Of a stretch of 64,000 bases of DNA, positions 61,713 through 64,000 are shown piece by piece. This DNA comes from Methanobacteriota archaeon (GTDB lineage: Archaea > Thermoplasmatota > Poseidoniia > Poseidoniales > Thalassarchaeaceae), in contig PSPW01000001.1 in the NCBI GenBank assembly GCA_004195615.1, forward strand, positions 210,881 through 274,880, written 5' to 3'. The position numbers and the translations under genes are program-made. The notes under the pieces are model-generated. The model saw nothing but the letters and a program-made list of their open reading frames with translations, was not told where the DNA came from and ran no database searches. Each line of letters opens with the position of its first letter. Positions within the stretch are counted from its first letter, which is position 1.

Positions 61713-63407
61713 ATGGGCATAGACCACAGCAACTTGGAGCTCCCGAGGGAGCCGGGGGTGTACCTGTTCAAGCGATCAGACGACCGAGTCCTGTACGTCG
61801 GGAAGGCGACGGACCTCAGGTCGAGGGTTAGGTCCTACTTCTCCCAGAACCCAGACAGAGAGATGGTACCGAGGCTCGTTAAGGAGGCCGACAAGGTAGA
61901 CTTCATCGTCACGCAGAGCCCCTCCGAGGCGCTCGTCCTAGAGAGGGAGCTGATCAGGTCTAACCAACCGAGGTACAACTCCGATCTGAAGGACGGGAAG
62001 TCCTTCCCATTCATCGCGATGACCTCGCACGAGAAGCCTCGCATCATGTACACCAGGCACCCACCGAAAGACGCGAGGATATGGGGGCCATTCCCTGATG
62101 CCGGTGCTGCCAAGCTCGTGGTGAAGCTTCTTCGTCGCCACTTCGGTATGCGGGACAAGACCGACAAGGCCCCCTTCGGGTTCGTAGAGACCGGTGGGGA
62201 CGAGGGGTACTCCGAGAGGGTCAGGGCGGTCGAGAGCGTCTTGGACGGGAATGCTGGGGCCCTGATTGAAAGGCTGCAGTCCGAGATGGACAAGGCATCA
62301 GAGATGCTGAACTACGAGAGGGCAGCTAGGGTACGGGACATGATCGGCTCGGTCCAGGGCGCGAAGTCGGAGAACGTGATATCCAGCAGGTTCTACCAGG
62401 ACTGCGATGCCGTGGGCTTCTCATCGAGTGGCGACAGCGGGTGTCTGGTAATCCTCCATGCGAAGGAGGGGATAATTCGCGGCCAGGTCGAGTACCAGCT
62501 GATCCATCGGGGAGACGTATCGGACTCGGTCTCGCTGATCCTTTCCGAGCACTACGCGAACAGGCGGCCCCCGAAGAGCCTGCTAGTCCCCTCACCCCTC
62601 GGCGACTCGATGACAGAATGGCTGTCAAAGAGGAGGCTTGCGTCCGTTGAGGTCAGAGTCCCCATGCGAGGGGAGCTTGCGAAGCTCAGGTCGATGGCGG
62701 ACAGGAACGCCGAGATACACCTCATCAGGAGCTCCCGAGCGGGTGACCTGGAGAAGACAGCTGCCGACGAGGGAGCCGCCCTTCTGAGCCTCGATACTCT
62801 GGATCACATAGTCTGCTTTGACATGTCCCAGACTCTCGGCAAGGAGAGAGTGGGGGCGTCAGTTGTCATGAGGAAGGGCAGGCCCTCTAAGGAGGAGTAC
62901 AGGACCTACAGAGTCAGGTCGGATGCACAAGACGACCTCAGGATGATGTCGGAGGTCGTGGAACGGTGGGCAAAGAGACAGGACGAGTGGCCCGACCTGC
63001 TGCTGCTGGACGGCGGAGAGACTCACCTTTCCACGATTGAGCGGACGCTCGAGGAGATGGGGTTGCTGGGAGAGTTCTCGATAGCGGCACTCGCAAAGAG
63101 GGAGGAGACCCTCCACATGAGGGGCATCGAGCCTATACTCCTAGACCGGAGAGGGAGAGTCTTGGTCCACGCTCGCGACGAGGCGCATAGGTTCTCCAAC
63201 ACCTTCCACAAGAAGCGCCGGGGCAAGGGAGCCCTGGCCGACCCGCTCGAGGAGGTAGAGGGACTGGGTGCGAAGAAGATCCAGTCCCTGCTCCGTCACT
63301 TCGGAGGGATGAAGGGAATAGAGCACGCCAGCGTCAAGGACTTGCGCGGCGTACCCGGGATAGGCAAGGAGATGGCCGAGAGGATTCGTGTCCATCTGCA
63401 TAGGTGA
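61713..63407 (+). CDS. uvrC: Excinuclease ABC subunit C
   Basis: GIY-YIG (GVYLF..LYVGKA..LRSRV), UVR domain, CFDMS, PDLLLLDGG, RDEAHRF, HhH. Confidence 0.96.
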   Translation: MGIDHSNLELPREPGVYLFKRSDDRVLYVGKATDLRSRVRSYFSQNPDREMVPRLVKEADKVDFIVTQSPSEALVLERELIRSNQPRYNSDLKDGKSFPFIAMTSHEKPRIMYTRHPPKDARIWGPFPDAGAAKLVVKLLRRHFGMRDKTDKAPFGFVETGGDEGYSERVRAVESVLDGNAGALIERLQSEMDKASEMLNYERAARVRDMIGSVQGAKSENVISSRFYQDCDAVGFSSSGDSGCLVILHAKEGIIRGQVEYQLIHRGDVSDSVSLILSEHYANRRPPKSLLVPSPLGDSMTEWLSKRRLASVEVRVPMRGELAKLRSMADRNAEIHLIRSSRAGDLEKTAADEGAALLSLDTLDHIVCFDMSQTLGKERVGASVVMRKGRPSKEEYRTYRVRSDAQDDLRMMSEVVERWAKRQDEWPDLLLLDGGETHLSTIERTLEEMGLLGEFSIAALAKREETLHMRGIEPILLDRRGRVLVHARDEAHRFSNTFHKKRRGKGALADPLEEVEGLGAKKIQSLLRHFGGMKGIEHASVKDLRGVPGIGKEMAERIRVHLHR

Positions 63408-63411
63408 TCTG

Positions 63412-64000
63412 ATGTCTGGAAGGGGGCCTCACTCTAAGCTCGAGGAGGCCGTGTCCGCATTGTACGCCGGGAGACTCCCCGGCGAACTGCCAAGGCGATG
63501 GGAGCGTTTTTCCGACGTAGCGATCATGCCGCAAGGTTCCTTCGAAGGACCTGGTTGGGCTCACGATGGAACCCTATGGGAGGTCGTGGCGGGAGCCCTT
63601 GGCGCCAAGCGCCTCGCTAGGATGGGAGAGGTGAGCGGCGAGTTCCGCGAGAGCGGGGTCGAGATGCTGCTGGGCAAGGACGACTGGGTTGTGCGCAGGG
63701 AGAGCGGGGTCGACTACGGGTACGCGATGACCCGCTGCATGTTCTCTGCTGGAAACGTGAACGAGAGGCGGAGAATGGGCGAGGTCGCTGGAGAGGACGA
63801 AGTGATTGTGGACCTCTATGCGGGGATAGGCTACTACACGCTGCCCGCACTGGTGCACGGCGAGGTATCGGTCCACGCCTGTGAGTGGAACCCCGAGGCC
63901 GTCAGAGCGCTGAGATGGGGATTGGAGGCAAACGGAGTCGAGGATCGTTGCGTGGTCCATGAGGGAGACAACAGGGTCACGACCGAATCGCTGGAGGGAG
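63412..64000 (+). CDS. taw2: tRNA wybutosine-pathway aminocarboxypropyltransferase Taw2/TYW2 (Trm5 family); runs off the window
   Basis: Not in the track. ATG 63412 follows AGGTGA; translation LPRRWERFSDV...CMFSAGNVNERRRM...VDLYAGIGYYTLP...HACEWNP...EGDNR. Confidence 0.82.
   Translation, partial: MSGRGPHSKLEEAVSALYAGRLPGELPRRWERFSDVAIMPQGSFEGPGWAHDGTLWEVVAGALGAKRLARMGEVSGEFRESGVEMLLGKDDWVVRRESGVDYGYAMTRCMFSAGNVNERRRMGEVAGEDEVIVDLYAGIGYYTLPALVHGEVSVHACEWNPEAVRALRWGLEANGVEDRCVVHEGDNRVTTESLEG

Noticed and set aside
1..64000. CRISPR arrays, transposases, rRNA, inteins
   Set aside because: No regularly spaced repeats or relevant motifs seen by eye; almost all sequence is explained by CDSs.

Overview
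Gene-dense archaeal chromosomal segment with about 50 CDSs and one tRNA-Gly(GCC). I found no CRISPR array, rRNA or mobile element. The mix of archaeal informational genes (ABCE1, Bud32, group II chaperonin, archaeal-type TpiA, Taw2), bacterial-type genes (DnaK/GrpE, ThrRS, UvrC, PPK2) and large acidic secreted proteins and peptidases points to Marine Group II Thermoplasmatota (Ca. Poseidoniales); this assignment is an inference. Main observations: (1) three normally Fe-S-binding proteins (ABCE1, Mrp/ApbC, UvrC) have each lost canonical Cys ligands; (2) a divergent two-domain primase-like (AEP) gene is followed by a highly structured ~120-nt intergenic element and a membrane zinc-finger gene, and this unit converges on an SF2 helicase; (3) two different head-to-head prenyl synthases lie in tandem; (4) an M29-like peptidase lacks its metal ligands; (5) arsC is broken by an apparent microhomology-mediated deletion; (6) an Aur1/IPC-synthase-like domain is fused to a large beta-rich domain; (7) almost all convergent gene pairs abut or overlap at their stop codons. 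Two edge CDSs absent from the ORF track were translated by hand. Several start codons were moved from the track's longest-ORF calls.
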